From assembly GCA_020536535.1 (NCBI GenBank), contig JAHLWZ010000165.1:28361-92360 (forward strand): a DNA stretch of 64,000 bases, given 5' to 3'. Below are positions 1-12,187 of this stretch, one piece after another; the stretch's first letter is position 1; every line of letters starts with the position of its first letter. Source of the DNA: Pelomyxa schiedti. Its lineage: Eukaryota > Protista > Evosea. The notes beneath the pieces are model-generated. The model was not told where the DNA came from and ran no database searches. It saw only the letters and a list, made by a program, of their open reading frames with translations. A program made the translations under genes and the position numbers.

Positions 1-726
1 ACAATCATTGCTTACCTAAGGATGTGCACAAGGGATGCCAAAAGCCCCCAAATGTTCAAGGACGCTGTGGACGTGTGCTTAGTCAGGGACAGCATCTGCC
101 CGCTTGCAAAGTACTTTTCGGAACTCTGCATGTGCACGCACCAACTGGCCCACAATCAATTCATTGGTCTAAGAGCGACGTGCAGCAGGGAGACTGCAGA
201 GAGCGTGAACGCTATGTGCAAATGCAGAGCCTTCTTGAGGCAGCTTATTCACCTTTGTGGCAAGATGCTGTGTGATTTTCAGATGAACACTACCTTGTGT
301 CTGGCTTCGCAGGCAGGATGCCTACCAGTCGTTGAGGTTCTTGTGAACAACCTCCATGTGAATCCAGCAATTAATCGCGCTACATCAGAGCTGTCTCCAT
401 TGCAAGGGCACCCAACTAACCAGCAAAGAAACCTCCATCTTGGATGCGTTAGTTGGGTGCCCTTGCAATGGAGACAGCTCTGATGTAGCGCGATTCCTGG
501 TGGAAAATGGCGGATTGGATATGCTGTATTACGGGCAAATCCATTTTTTCCCCTTTCTCCTTTTCCTACAATTTTTTTGATTGTTGTTTGTGATCATTCT
601 TTTCTCCCGAGAGATCAAGCAAAGGAACAACGACGTTCATTTGTGATGGCCATTCACTGGAGGACTGGCCGTAACAGCCCTGTTCACGCTTTTGGCCTAC
701 GTGCACGCGCCACGCTGCAACATTGA
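1..726 (+). pseudogene. 3' part of an ankyrin-repeat protein with C-terminal H-x-R-x-G-x-x-SP motif (paralog of 52290-54008); gene or pseudogene, 5' end outside window
   Basis: ORF 22-483 has ankyrin-like MNTTLCLASQAGCLPVVEVLV. Frame changes near 402-423 to ETSILDALVG...VARFLVENGG. Last exon reads FVMAIHWRTGRNSPVH, collinear with the 52-54 kb copy (MNTTLALTCRLGKL...IGIHLRAGQRSPVH). Confidence 0.55.
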
Positions 727-1149
727 ATGGTTACCTCCTGCTGCCCCCACAGCCCCAATCCTCACCCTATAACTCACTCGCAACTCAAATGAATGAATTT
801 CCAAAAAAAAAAATTGCACTCTTCTATATGTTTTTTTTCCTACAGAAGCAACAACAATTTAAAAAAAACCAACACAACAAACGTAGTTGCCTGCCGTCAT
901 GGCTCTTCAAGAATCAGAATGAATACGATTTCACTCTGAATACGATACGTACTTGTTTACAACTACTGCCCCAGCTCTTTTCTTCCTTGAAACAGAACAC
1001 AAAGTGAATGGCATAATAATAGCAACACTGAAAAAGCACTCATACTCCTATCCCCAAGAAATTGGCAAGTTCCACAGAAAGATAAGGCCATTGCAGATTG
1101 CAGGTATCTGCCTCTTTTTTCCCAGAACTCCTCTTTGTCTTTGCAGTAG

Positions 1150-1322
1150 ATACTATTGAATCAGTCGGCAACAGTACACCATTCCTCACTGGAAAGGAAA
1201 CCCCATGTGCCGCAGTGCAGGTAGCTTCTGCTTCAAAAGTCAATGGCAGTGAACACATACATGGGTACACCGCTGCTCCTGGCAGGCCAAGCTGGGGCAA
1301 GGCTTCATCACCTGGCACCAGC
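1150..1322 (+). pseudogene. Frameshifted fragment of the C-terminal ankyrin region of the BTB-ankyrin gene family
   Basis: gtcggcaacag...gcttctgctt...aaagtcaatggcagtgaacacatacatgggtacaccgctgctcctggcaggccaagctgggg aligns with the reverse complement of about 47755-47895 (LLLHGSKVNAVNAYMDTPLHLAAKLG) with several small indels. Confidence 0.7.
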
Positions 1323-3442
1323 ATTTCTTATTTGTAGGCTTGCTCTGTTATTGTCTCTTACAGCCCTCGCTCTCTCCCTCTAGTAAGTGCATGCAGCATA
1401 GGATTCCCCCTTGGCTCGATTATGAAACATGTTTATGCTATGCCGAACTGGTTCCAAACAGTCTTGGGGATGATTATTTTACCGATGACTTGAAAGTGAA
1501 AGCAAAGGAAGAGTAGCACTTCCTCGATTTTGAATAATTCAAGTCACCTAAACAGCTTGCTGGTATCTGTCTCTTTTTCTAGAATACGAATCAAGTAACC
1601 ATCACATCAAGATGTATGAGGCCAGCAGATAGGGTTTTCTACCAGATTCTCGAGGTAAGTATAGAATTCTTACCCCCTACAGTAACTGTTCTGATGATAT
1701 CTGGCAGAGCTCTGTTTATTACCCTTTCCCCGAAATTCTGCTTTCATTTGTTAACCACACTCGAGGGTGGTTGTAGAGGCTATGCTCGTTCCACTAGACC
1801 ATCCCCCCCCCAAAAGTCTGGGGGCTTTGCTTGAAGCCCAATATATCAACAGTTACTCTTCTGGCCGCTTCTCGATCTCTTCTTTCTTGGGAATCTAAGT
1901 TTGTTCATCCCCACAATCTTCAATTACATCTCTGGCCCCGAACTTTCTAATTTCCGAGCACATTCCTCGGAGTCGTGTCGTGCTTTCCTGGTCCCCTTTC
2001 CTGTTCTAATCTCCATATCATTCCCCCTTTGTACGAGAGTTCTTGATCCAATTGGCTTCCTACGGCACACTATCAGATAGATGTAAGAGGAGGTAAGCCA
2101 TAAGCAACGTGCAGAGTGGGTGAGGGAGTTTGTTTGCCACGTGCATACGAGAAGAGGAAGTATACACTAGCTATAACCCACATACTATTACATTCAAGAC
2201 TAAGGGAGCTGGAGCACCAAGAGGACTACTGGAAGTTCGAGCCTGTCCAGTCAGTATTATAAGAGAGAACCTGAGGCCCATGGATCACACAAGCTTATCC
2301 AGCGTCACAATTGCCACTTCTTTGGTAAAGTCAATGGAAAGACAGTGACACTGCTGATAGATAGCTGTTCGTCTACCTAGTATTCCGCGGCGAAGATGCT
2401 CCTCGAGCCAAACGCGGAAGTAACAGAAATACCGACACAGTTTATGACACACATCAGTTGGGGAAAAGAAAAATTGACCTGCAAGGCAACCCATGCAGTA
2501 AAGTTCACAGTCAATAGAGAGAGGACTGAATAATATCGTGGTACCGATGCTCTAACCCATTACAAAGGAGACATTTTGGCACTCCTGCAATGGCTTTTAG
2601 ATGGCAAAATGAGAAGAAGAAGAAGGTCAGTTTACTTGGCCAAGAGTGGGCAGGAAAAACAAGTATATATCGTGGCACAGGCTCAAGATGTGACCGTACC
2701 GTGATGGTCTACTGCTGCCAGTGGGTGTCACACTGCCGATAGGACTACACGTAAGAAAAGACTAATCTGATTGGTATAAAGGCAAAGAAGCGCTGTCGAT
2801 CGGAACGGAATACGCACGTAGTGAGCTCCCTTTGAACTTGTTCTTAAGACCAGGAATATTGAGATGTTCAATCCAAATTGCTAATACTTCGTGAGAAGCC
2901 GATAAGGAGCTTCAAAGGACAAACAGTTGCTAGAACTGGTAGTGCCCAAGATATGTAGCACCACTACCTACTACACTGGGAAGCAAAGTTAGAGCGCTAC
3001 AGTGGTAAAGCCAGGAAACGTGCCTAACTTTTTCACATTCACAGTTGAAGTTGAAAGTCATGAAAGCCAGTGGAATTACTCACGCAAGCACCGATTACTG
3101 ACCGGAAAGAAGTTGGAGAACACATTTAATATATCAATGGAAAGAAGAGGTAATATCAGAGGTCGTATCTCTACTACTGAAACAAGAATCGGAAAGTATT
3201 CGTTCGCATGTGCGGAAGAACTTTGAGAGCTCGAAATGGGCCATTGTACAATAATATTATGGGCTGGAGCCACTCTCAAATTCCAATTTCCACCCCTTTC
3301 TTCGAGACATAGTTGATTCAGGGGGTCAGCAACGCAGGAATGTTTTTCTGATAATATCCAAATCATCAGATCATGACCCAGTTTTGTGCCTTCCATGTGA
3401 TCTTTTCTTAACAAAATTACACACCCTGTTTTCTGGGGAAAT

Positions 3443-4723
3443 TTATTGTTTTGAAAAGAAGAAAGAATCTACATCCAAGTGCACGATGAAGTCCCCAACG
3501 TGGAATCCAGTGACACAGTCATGCACCTGGAAGCTTATTTCAGTGACATTAGAATCACTCTCCTGGTGTGATGTAGATGCAACGAGGCCTGATTGTTTGC
3601 TGGCCCGTGCCCATGTGCATGGAAAGCACTGTTCTGGTCTGGAAAGGTTGCCAGTATGATAAACCTCAAATGCTTTGGGGTTGAATAGGAAACAAACAAC
3701 TGCGTGACTCCTGCCAATTGGTGTAACTTCATAGAACCGTGGGAATGAGTAATGTCGGTGCCCAGTGGTGCACTCCACAAGGTGAAATGGTTCTGGATTT
3801 TCGTGATGCAGAGTGCACATGGAGCCATCTGGCTTCCACAACACACCAAGTGGACGTGGCTCTGAGCATGTAATTCTCAGGGTGAACACGATATCCTGTA
3901 TTTTGAAGCTTTCAGCCAAATCAACAAATTTGACAGTAGCTGCTGTGGTTTTTGAACCGCGGGTCAGTATTATCAGAATATCATCACACAAAGGGGAGAA
4001 ATCAATCATTCCTACTTCAATCCCATCTTCAAAGTAGACCTCTGGCTTGCATGGAACCCCGCCAACAACTTTCCAAACACGAAGCACAACAGATCTGGTG
4101 TCAAGTGCAACAATCCAATTTCCACTGCACTTCACAGTAGTACCATATTCCGAAGTGAATATTCCAACGGAATTTTCAGCTGAATGCGGGTACTCACTGA
4201 CATCCATATCGAAGTACTCATACAGGCAAGAATCCTGCCACCTGGTGGCTTGAAAGAACCTCTTGCACAATACCCTGTCCATGCCCAAGCATCCAACCAC
4301 AAAAGTGTAGCTTCTTGCATCACCACAGGTGTAACAGCTGTATCCCACAATTCCCAGCGTATGGGACACACATACGTGCAAATGGTGCTGCACCCTCTTG
4401 GTTTTCTCGTTGTCCTTGATGCCCTCGATTGGCAGCACAAAATCGGCGGCACAGGCAGGCCTGAGGACCCAGTCTTCAGCCCACTCCCTGAACAAAGACG
4501 GGGACTGGGCCCAAAGGACCATCGAGGGGCAGCAATGAGTGCCGGACCACCTCACGATCCCTGCGCAACGCACAGCCATTGCTTGCGACTTGGCGGTAGT
4601 TACAGTGGCATGTGCAAGGGGTTGTCGTTCTTCGGTCCGTGGTTGCTGTTGGGGGAGGGGACCGTGGTTTGTGGGAGTTGGTCGGTACAGGGAAGGCTGT
4701 GGTTTTGTGTCACTGGCACCCAT
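3443..4723 (-). CDS. Intronless hypothetical protein (~426 aa), lineage-specific family, beta-rich C-terminus
   Basis: Long uninterrupted ORF; likely start MGASDT at 4723 (Gly2, possible myristoylation). No recognised domain. Confidence 0.7.
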   Translation of the reverse strand: MGASDTKPQPSLYRPTPTNHGPLPQQQPRTEERQPLAHATVTTAKSQAMAVRCAGIVRWSGTHCCPSMVLWAQSPSLFREWAEDWVLRPACAADFVLPIEGIKDNEKTKRVQHHLHVCVSHTLGIVGYSCYTCGDARSYTFVVGCLGMDRVLCKRFFQATRWQDSCLYEYFDMDVSEYPHSAENSVGIFTSEYGTTVKCSGNWIVALDTRSVVLRVWKVVGGVPCKPEVYFEDGIEVGMIDFSPLCDDILIILTRGSKTTAATVKFVDLAESFKIQDIVFTLRITCSEPRPLGVLWKPDGSMCTLHHENPEPFHLVECTTGHRHYSFPRFYEVTPIGRSHAVVCFLFNPKAFEVYHTGNLSRPEQCFPCTWARASKQSGLVASTSHQESDSNVTEISFQVHDCVTGFHVGDFIVHLDVDSFFFSKQ

Positions 4724-4902
4724 TTTCACAACAGAAAGAGAGTACAAAGCACCTTACAGTCTCCCAAGGTTCTGAGGAGTGAGCATTCCAAGCAGTGGTT
4801 GACTGGGATCAAATCAGGGTGAACCCGATCCAATCAGCGTTCGGGTTCTCCGAAAGGACACAAGGAAAACAAAAAAAAAAAAGAAGCCAAGAGACACGAG
4901 AG

Positions 4903-5507
4903 ATGTTGGTAGGGAGTTCATTAATCACCGCACCGTACTTATATTTTGTTGTGCACAGTACAAGGTAAAGGGATGCCTCGGTGCGCAGGTCAAGACCATC
5001 GATGTCGAGCAGGGCACTCCGTTTTCTGAAGTTAAACGGATGCTCGAAACGAAGTTCCACGTTCCTCTCACTATTTCGTGGCGTAGCACCTCTGTCTATC
5101 AGGTTTCAATTCTATTACTTTTCCTCCTTTAAATTACGTTATGCAATCTGTTTTTGTCAAATTTATCTTTATTCCCTACTGTTTCGTTACCAAACTATTT
5201 ACTCTTTCCCAGGATCAACAATACGACCTGGTTCTCAAAGACGCCGTTGTTAGTAAAGCTAAATTCGTGAAGCTTGACCTTGTTGCCCCAACCATGGGTT
5301 CACAACCATCAACGAGAGCAGAACCGGCAGTTGTGTCATCACCAAAGACAACACAGAGGCAACCTGTCAGTAGTACAAGTATGAAATTCACTCTAATTAA
5401 TTAAAGTAACCATGTCCATAGAGGATGCCTTTGTATTCTGCTCCAACTGTGGCAACAAGTTGCCAGCAACAGCCAAGTTCTGTGGTAGCTGCGGAAACAG
5501 AATGTAA
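4903..5507 (+). CDS. Small protein with PB1/ubiquitin-like N-domain and C-terminal zinc ribbon
   Basis: Spliced ML|YKVKGCLGAQVKTIDVEQGTPFSEVKRMLETKF...; last exon FCSNCGNKLPATAKFCGSCGNRM* (CxxC-x10-CxxC). GT-AG introns. Confidence 0.65.
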
Positions 5508-5933
5508 TCACAAAACCGGAACAGAAAAAAATAGCCAATTCTATTCTATTACTTTCTTGTCTATTCCGGAATAAACAAGAAATCTTTGCGTGACTGCTGA
5601 TGGGTTTCCACACATTACATTGGCTGAGACTGTGGGGTTTCTTTGTATTGGATGTCCTTGCCGGTAGCGCTCAGTTGATCTTTCCCATTCTGAGTCTGTT
5701 AACCACCCCACCAACAGCACAAAAAAAAGTTCCCTACTTGGGAGTGATCAGGCGCAGTTGCTCTGGAAGAAACCAAGTTGAGCATCTTTTTTGACATGGA
5801 GGTCGCTACTAGCTTTTGGGGCGTTATAAGCCTCAACCAACGAGAAATGACAAAACAGATAAAAAAAAACCCAAGCAGCGAAAGCCCAACACGACACAAA
5901 CAAAACGATACGACAAAAAACAAAACAAAAACA

Positions 5934-7508
5934 ATGACAAAAAAACGCAAGGCAGGGGGCATTTCTTGTGTTACCGACAACGATTCTCCGTCGCAACAAC
6001 AAGCTCGGTGCTGTGCACCCAAACGACGGGCCACAAATAGCAGAAGGAGGGCATGTTCCACACCCCCAAAGCGAGTGTCAATCGGCCCCTCCGTTACTCT
6101 CCCCGGGTCTCCTGGCGCTTCCACTGTTGGTTCTCCACTTACGCCTTCCTCTCCATCCTCTGCTGAGAGCCCTACCCCGTCTCCCTCTGGTTCTGCTTCT
6201 TCTTCTGGTTCTGCTTCGGCGTCGGCGTCTGTTTCACGAACACAGAGACCGATGAGGCTGAAGAAGGTGCTGGGATACTTTGGTGGAACGCAGAAGAGAT
6301 TACCTGTGACTAATGCAATCAAGCAAGCCAGGGCCAGCAGGCACCGACCTGGGGGTGTAATGGAATTGGGGATCAGCATAAGCGCTGAGGTGGGTGACAA
6401 CAGAGCAAGCCGCTCTGTGTTTATTCCTGACCCGCAGGTGTTTGGCGCTGATGGGAGGTTTCTCATCAGGCACACACAGAAGGAGATCCATGATTTGCAA
6501 CGGGCCAGTAATGATGCAGAAAAGGAACCGAAAACTGACTACAACCGTTGGACAATAATTCCATGCCACGGAAATCTGTGGATTGGTGTTGTCAGTATGT
6601 ACCCCAAAACATATAGTTTCTTCTCAAGTTGAATTTATACTCATTCATACCATAGGGCAAAATACTGGAACCGGCGTTCTTCCCTACGTCTACATCGAGA
6701 ATGTAGACCCCAAAATCAGCGCTGGTGAAATGAGACTCACAGTTTCCACAAAGAACAATGATGACACTTGGGAGCAGTCCAGCATCGGTACCTTTCCCCT
6801 TTTTCTTTATCCCGTAACACTGACCCAACTTTAGCTATTCCGCCACTGATGATACATGAAGGCAAGATCTGGCCCATTCTTGGTGGAGATGCCGTACAGT
6901 CCCACGAACCTTCACCAACTCCCACAATCACAACTGATACCACACAAGAAACCCAAGAGCCACCGCAACAAAACCAACATCCCCCACTATCAACACCGCA
7001 GCAAATTGTAAACGAGAACAATTTCACTCCCCTGCCATTGCAATCTATGTTCGCGCCTAACTCCTATGAATACTATAACACTACAATCACAACAACTCCG
7101 CAACAACCTCCCAGCACTACTACCTCTACCTCTACCTCTACCTCCACCACACCTACTCCTATACCTACGACTACTACAACTCCCGGCCCCCAGGAGCCGA
7201 CATGGGGGCCCCCATCACAATCACAAGAGGAGCCATCACGGAACGACTACCTGAGCATGAGCGGCCAGGAAGCCTCTGAAACCGAGGGAACCATCTGGGG
7301 TCTCCCAAGCTTCACTGGGAGTGAATTGTCGTTGCAATCCGTGGCGGCAGCTGACGGGGCATTCAGCGACCCCATGTTTTCACCTCTTCCGCTTGTGCCA
7401 CAAGCGGATTGGTTCCAAGATTTCCCTTTCCCACAGCCCTACTTCGATGTAGTTCCCAGACCACCAAGTCCGATTGGGCTTGATGAGTCACACCCCTTTC
7501 TGGACTGA
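5934..7508 (+). CDS. Hypothetical protein: basic N-terminus, globular middle, Pro/Thr/acidic tail
   Basis: ORFs 5778-6632, 6583-6834 and 6768-7508 are joinable by short GT-AG introns; KKRK and PKRR basic motifs. Confidence 0.6.
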
Positions 7509-7697
7509 GGGACCCACGGCTAAACTGGAATTGTAATCTTGTAAAAAATAAACTCTATTTATTTTTCCATCTGTCCTGTTTACAGGTGCCGGTTCGTGGA
7601 TCTTATTTCGAGTTGGAAATACGGCCTGTTACTAATCTAATTAGTAGGGTATTGGTCCAGTTCCACTTTTGACAACAAGTCGAAGTGCCGCGGTGAA

Positions 7698-8531
7698 ATG
7701 GGTGATGCCGAGAAGGACATTGTGGAGAGTGCGAGGGTAAGTGTAGAAAGTGTTTTGGAAGTATTCTGGTGGCTTTCGGGGTGCACTGACTTGCTTCAGT
7801 TCTCCCCTGAGGTTCTTGCAATGTACACGGATCACGACCCTCAGCTAGCAAGGGAAGTTGCTCAGGTGTTCATTGAGGAAGCAACTGAAAAGCATCTACC
7901 TGCTCTTGAAGAAGCGATTAAAGATAAGGATGCCAAGAAGTATGCATACAAACATGGTTTTTGCATGTTACAAACAACTGGTTTGACTTTGTGGTGTATT
8001 TAGGTGCTTCTATCATGCGCATACACTGAAGGTAATAATCTGATGCTTCTTTCACAGTGATATGTAGGGAGCAGGAGAAAAATATATCAATTGGTGTAAA
8101 AGGGGATAAACTAAATACACAAAAATATCTAGTAGCATAAGCAGTAACAGAGACCTATACAGGGAAGTAGTGGGTACGTTGGAGCTGAAGGAGTGCAGTG
8201 GATAGCAGCCAGAATTGTGTATTATTCAGGGAAGGGACAAATGGAACAACTGCCTCCACTCATTGACAACCTCAAATCAGAGTTGACAGCCACAGTAAAG
8301 GCTCTCAATCACTACTACTTTTGCCCCCAAACACTACAACAACAAAACCAACAAACTCAGATAGCACCAATATCCCTATCCCAATCCTCCTCATTAACGG
8401 AAACCAAGAGTGCTCGCTTTCCAACGCCGGCGGAACCCATAATTCCACAACAAGGAGCGACAGAGCCAGCAACATTATCGCAGGCGTCGCAACAGCAACA
8501 ACGCGAACAAGCCCCCAAGGATCAACGTTGA
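7698..8531 (+). CDS. Histidine phosphotransfer (HPt) protein, YPD1/RdeA-like
   Basis: Spliced exons give LAREVAQVFIEE...LEEAIKDKDAKK|CFYHAHTLK|GSSGYVGA, the canonical H-x-L-K-G-S-S phospho-His motif. Confidence 0.85.
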
Positions 8532-8666
8532 CACCTTTGCATCTTCAACGAAAATATAAGAAACAAATAAACGACGAAAGTCTCATGTCAGGAATTCCAT
8601 TTTTTTCTCCTTCCTCATCAAACTCACCAAACAAACCAACACCAAACACAAACAACGAGAAGTAAA

Positions 8667-11600
8667 ATGAACCAAAGCCACACCAACAAGCCCAGCGGCG
8701 GCCCCGACGACAGCAGCGGCGTTGGCGTTGTTGGTGGCAGCAGCGGCGCCATCAAGATGAGCCGCATCGCAGTCGCCGACCGCGCCGACGGAGCCGGGTC
8801 GCCGAAGCGACGCCGCAAAGGGGGCGAGGGCGACGCTACCAAACAAAGCCAGGACGACGAAGACGATGACGACGACGAGGACGCCGACTGCGATGGAGCC
8901 ACTGGCAGTAATAACAACAATACAACCGCATGTAAAAATAGCAATAGCAACAGCAACAACAGCGGCAACAACAACGGCAACGTCAGCGTCAGCCGCAGCA
9001 ATAGCAACGACAGCAACGACGGCGAAAAGAAACCAACAACAACTACTACTACTACCACTACCACCACAACTACGAGTGCGTGTAGTAGTGAGAGCAGCTC
9101 TAAGAGCGAAATCGGCGCTGGTGTCGGTGCAAGTTTAAATGCAAATGCAAATGGAAATGGAGGTGACAAAAGTGATAATGGTGATGGGAGAAATGCCCAG
9201 CACACACACAAACAGGAAGAGGAGCAGGGGGAGGGGAAAGAAAACGGGGAGAAGGAAGGGGGTGACCTTCCAAAGGCCAAATTCAAAACAAAGAGCAGCC
9301 TTTTGAGGGACAAAATCCACAAAGTAAAATTGCGTCACATAACAGTGACGAAAGTGCAACCTGCCTTGAGACTGAGGAACCTGAAAACTGACAAACTTGT
9401 TGGTGAAGTAGAAAAAGAAGCGAAACCAGTCAAGATAACTGTAACTTCCCCTGCTCATCTTAACTCTTCTCATTAAACTTTCTCAAGAAGGCCAATACCT
9501 CCACTAAGCATGATCAGCACCACCACGCATTGCATTCTGTAGTCATTCACAAAACTTCCAAAACACGCACAGATGATCCTTTTATCCGAAATATTCCCAC
9601 ATCTGGTTTTGGTTTTTGGATTAAGGTTCTATTATCCCTTATAATGCCAACATCTCAATTCAACAGATGGGGGTGCTTCTTGCAGGTGTATTACTAGCAG
9701 CTTGGGTCCTTCAACTTTTATGTCTTGGTCTTGATAAAGCCTCAAGTGGGTGGACACCATACAAACTCTCCTCGGAAATGGTCCAACACTATGACTACAG
9801 CCTGAAGGCATTCTTCTATACTTTATTCAATCCGTCACCAGCTCAATGTATTATCCTCATACTAGTATTAATAGTGATTATCAACAGCTCGAGCATTACT
9901 TCAGTCTGTTACTAATGCTATGGCTTTTGTCTTTGGTTTAATGATTACCATTATTGGTATTACCTTACAATTTGCCTCTGATAAGTCAACTTCACATGTT
10001 TCTTCACTGGTATTTCTTTTCTTTTTCTTACTCTTTTGTTCTCAAGTACTGCCTTCAGTTTTTCAAAGACAAAGTCATACTTGGACTTATGACTTTTGTG
10101 TTGATCACCTGCGCCTTGATTTCTTGGGTTTTTTTGGAAGTTGGTGACTTCCACTCCCCTAGATTAAGTGTTGGTGTGTCACACTTTTCCCTCTCTTATC
10201 TTAAAATGTTAAAGTGATCAGTGTTGCCTGTACGACTTTTCAGCTTGTACTACTGATACCATTCCTTGCCTACTTGTTTATGTTTCTTGATACGGAGAAA
10301 GTGGATGCCAATATAGTTGAACGAGGAATCAATGGAGTTATCAGGGGTATAAATGGGACTGGACAAAACGCGGCAAATCAAGTAGGTTTTTTTTTTTTTC
10401 CCCTTTTTCTGGTATAATTTTTTTACTCAAAAACCTATTTAGGCTTTAGTAGCCACTACAGTGGAATTTCTGATGGATGGTGCCTTTACTGCTATAAAAA
10501 AGAAGCACCAAGCAATTGCATCAGAGACTGTTGATGCTATGTGCTCCTTTTGCATGCATTATCTGGAATTGAAACCAAAAGTTTGGATGAGACAGTCATA
10601 TGGTTTTTTTCACTTTTCTCATAGACAAAACCCCAGTGGTTTGATTTGTCAAGTGATGTTCTCCGAAATGCAGATTTCTTCTTGCTGTGTGCTTTTTTCC
10701 TCCCATTTAATGTCACGACTCACAAAGAGTTCGTAAATAGAAATCCATCTACCCTGGAGGAGGTTCGTCCAATGTGGGTTGAATGGAAAGTATTGCGTCA
10801 GTATCAAGTACTTTTCTTGGAGGTAGTTATTATCCCTTCTGTCCTAAACTAATTAGGAAAGGCCCTTAGATGGCTTAAAGAAATGTGCTATCACATTTGC
10901 ATTAACACAAGACTAATTGCGGAATCATCCGCTATTACTGACAACCTGGAAGTCTTGGACATGAGCATCAAATTTTTCAATACCTACCTCAGAGCTGCAA
11001 TAAACTGTAATGATGTGAAAGTTATATATAATACCCTGTTTCAGTACAGGCAACTAGCCGAGGTACTTGTGGACTCGACTAGAGGTTCATCACTCCTTTT
11101 ATGATTCAATTCTCATTTCAACAGGTGTGGCCAACAGGGATGCCTCCCGTCGTGCCTTGAAAATAGCAAAATTTCAGCTTTATTACTGCTCTGTCATGTT
11201 TGATAAAGCAAAGGCCCCGGGTTTTGGCTATTTTCTGTTTCTTGTGGAAACAATTGCTCAAGATCTAAGGGTTCTATGTGAGGTTGCCACACGAAGCTTA
11301 GCATCTCTTGCCGTACATTTCCACCTTCTTCACTCAATCCCGTCTCGGCTCAATTCTACTTAGGGTGAGAGCAATAAAGAGCTTTCTTTTTTCAAGGAAC
11401 TCCACAAAAAGCTACTTGAGGTAAAATCGAGTATTAAACCCCTATCTCTTAAAGCAACACCACACCAGGTGTTCCTGAGCATCAGTGATTTTGCCAAAAA
11501 TAATCGTGGTGTCATCCGTGCCCAAGTTATTTTAGCGGCATTTTATCTCTCCCAGATACAAGTTCCTGGTTATATTGGGTACGCAAGAAGAATTAAGGCC

Positions 11601-12056
11601 CAGCTCGACAGGTTACTTTTTACACCACCCAAAATCTCCTTAAACAAGGTAGGGAGCCTCAAAAAGATCTTCTTCTATCGGTCAAAGATGAACTACAAAA
11701 CGCCGCAACCAGAGAATTCTGGGAAGTGAGTGAGAGAGGAACCAACTTTAAGTACCTGGAACCACACTTGCGGCCTTTCCTGCAAACTTTCTACGAATAT
11801 TTTGATTGGCATGTGAACCATGAAGAGATGAGAGCCAAGTTTATGAGTACCAAATGTGTGTTGAAAGAGAAACTCTCCAACCTGTAATCTAACAACAAAC
11901 ACAGCCGGTATTGACCTGCGTGTGCAGCAGGACTTAGAGAACTTTGAGTCCGAATTCCGCACACAACCAGATACCAAGTATGAAACAGATGAGGACCAAC
12001 CTCCAGAAGAGGAGCTTCTTGAAGAAGGAGCTTTCAGTGATGGAGAGGACCTGTAA
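8667..12056 (+). CDS. Multi-pass membrane protein, DUF2254-like, with low-complexity N-terminus
   Basis: About four TM segments (9667-10290) including ITIIGITLQFASDKSTSHV...FFKD. Helical tail has WVEWKVLRQY, KFFNTYLRAAIN, ETIAQDL, RGVIRAQVILAAFYL, FWEVSERGTNF. More than ten short introns. Confidence 0.65.
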
Positions 12057-12187
12057 TTACTTTACCACTGTAATTACTCTATCAACACACACCTCCCAAG
12101 CAAAGCCACAACACACAAACGATTTTGTAAAAACAAGTTGTCCTAAGTTTTTATTTCTAATTTCTATCTATTCTTTTCATCGTGGAG

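Noticed and set aside
8624-9322. Long antisense ORFs (also 5699-6475, 22373-23182, 30638-31306, 33545-34162)
   Set aside because: Shadow frames of GC-rich or triplet-repeat exons on the opposite strand.
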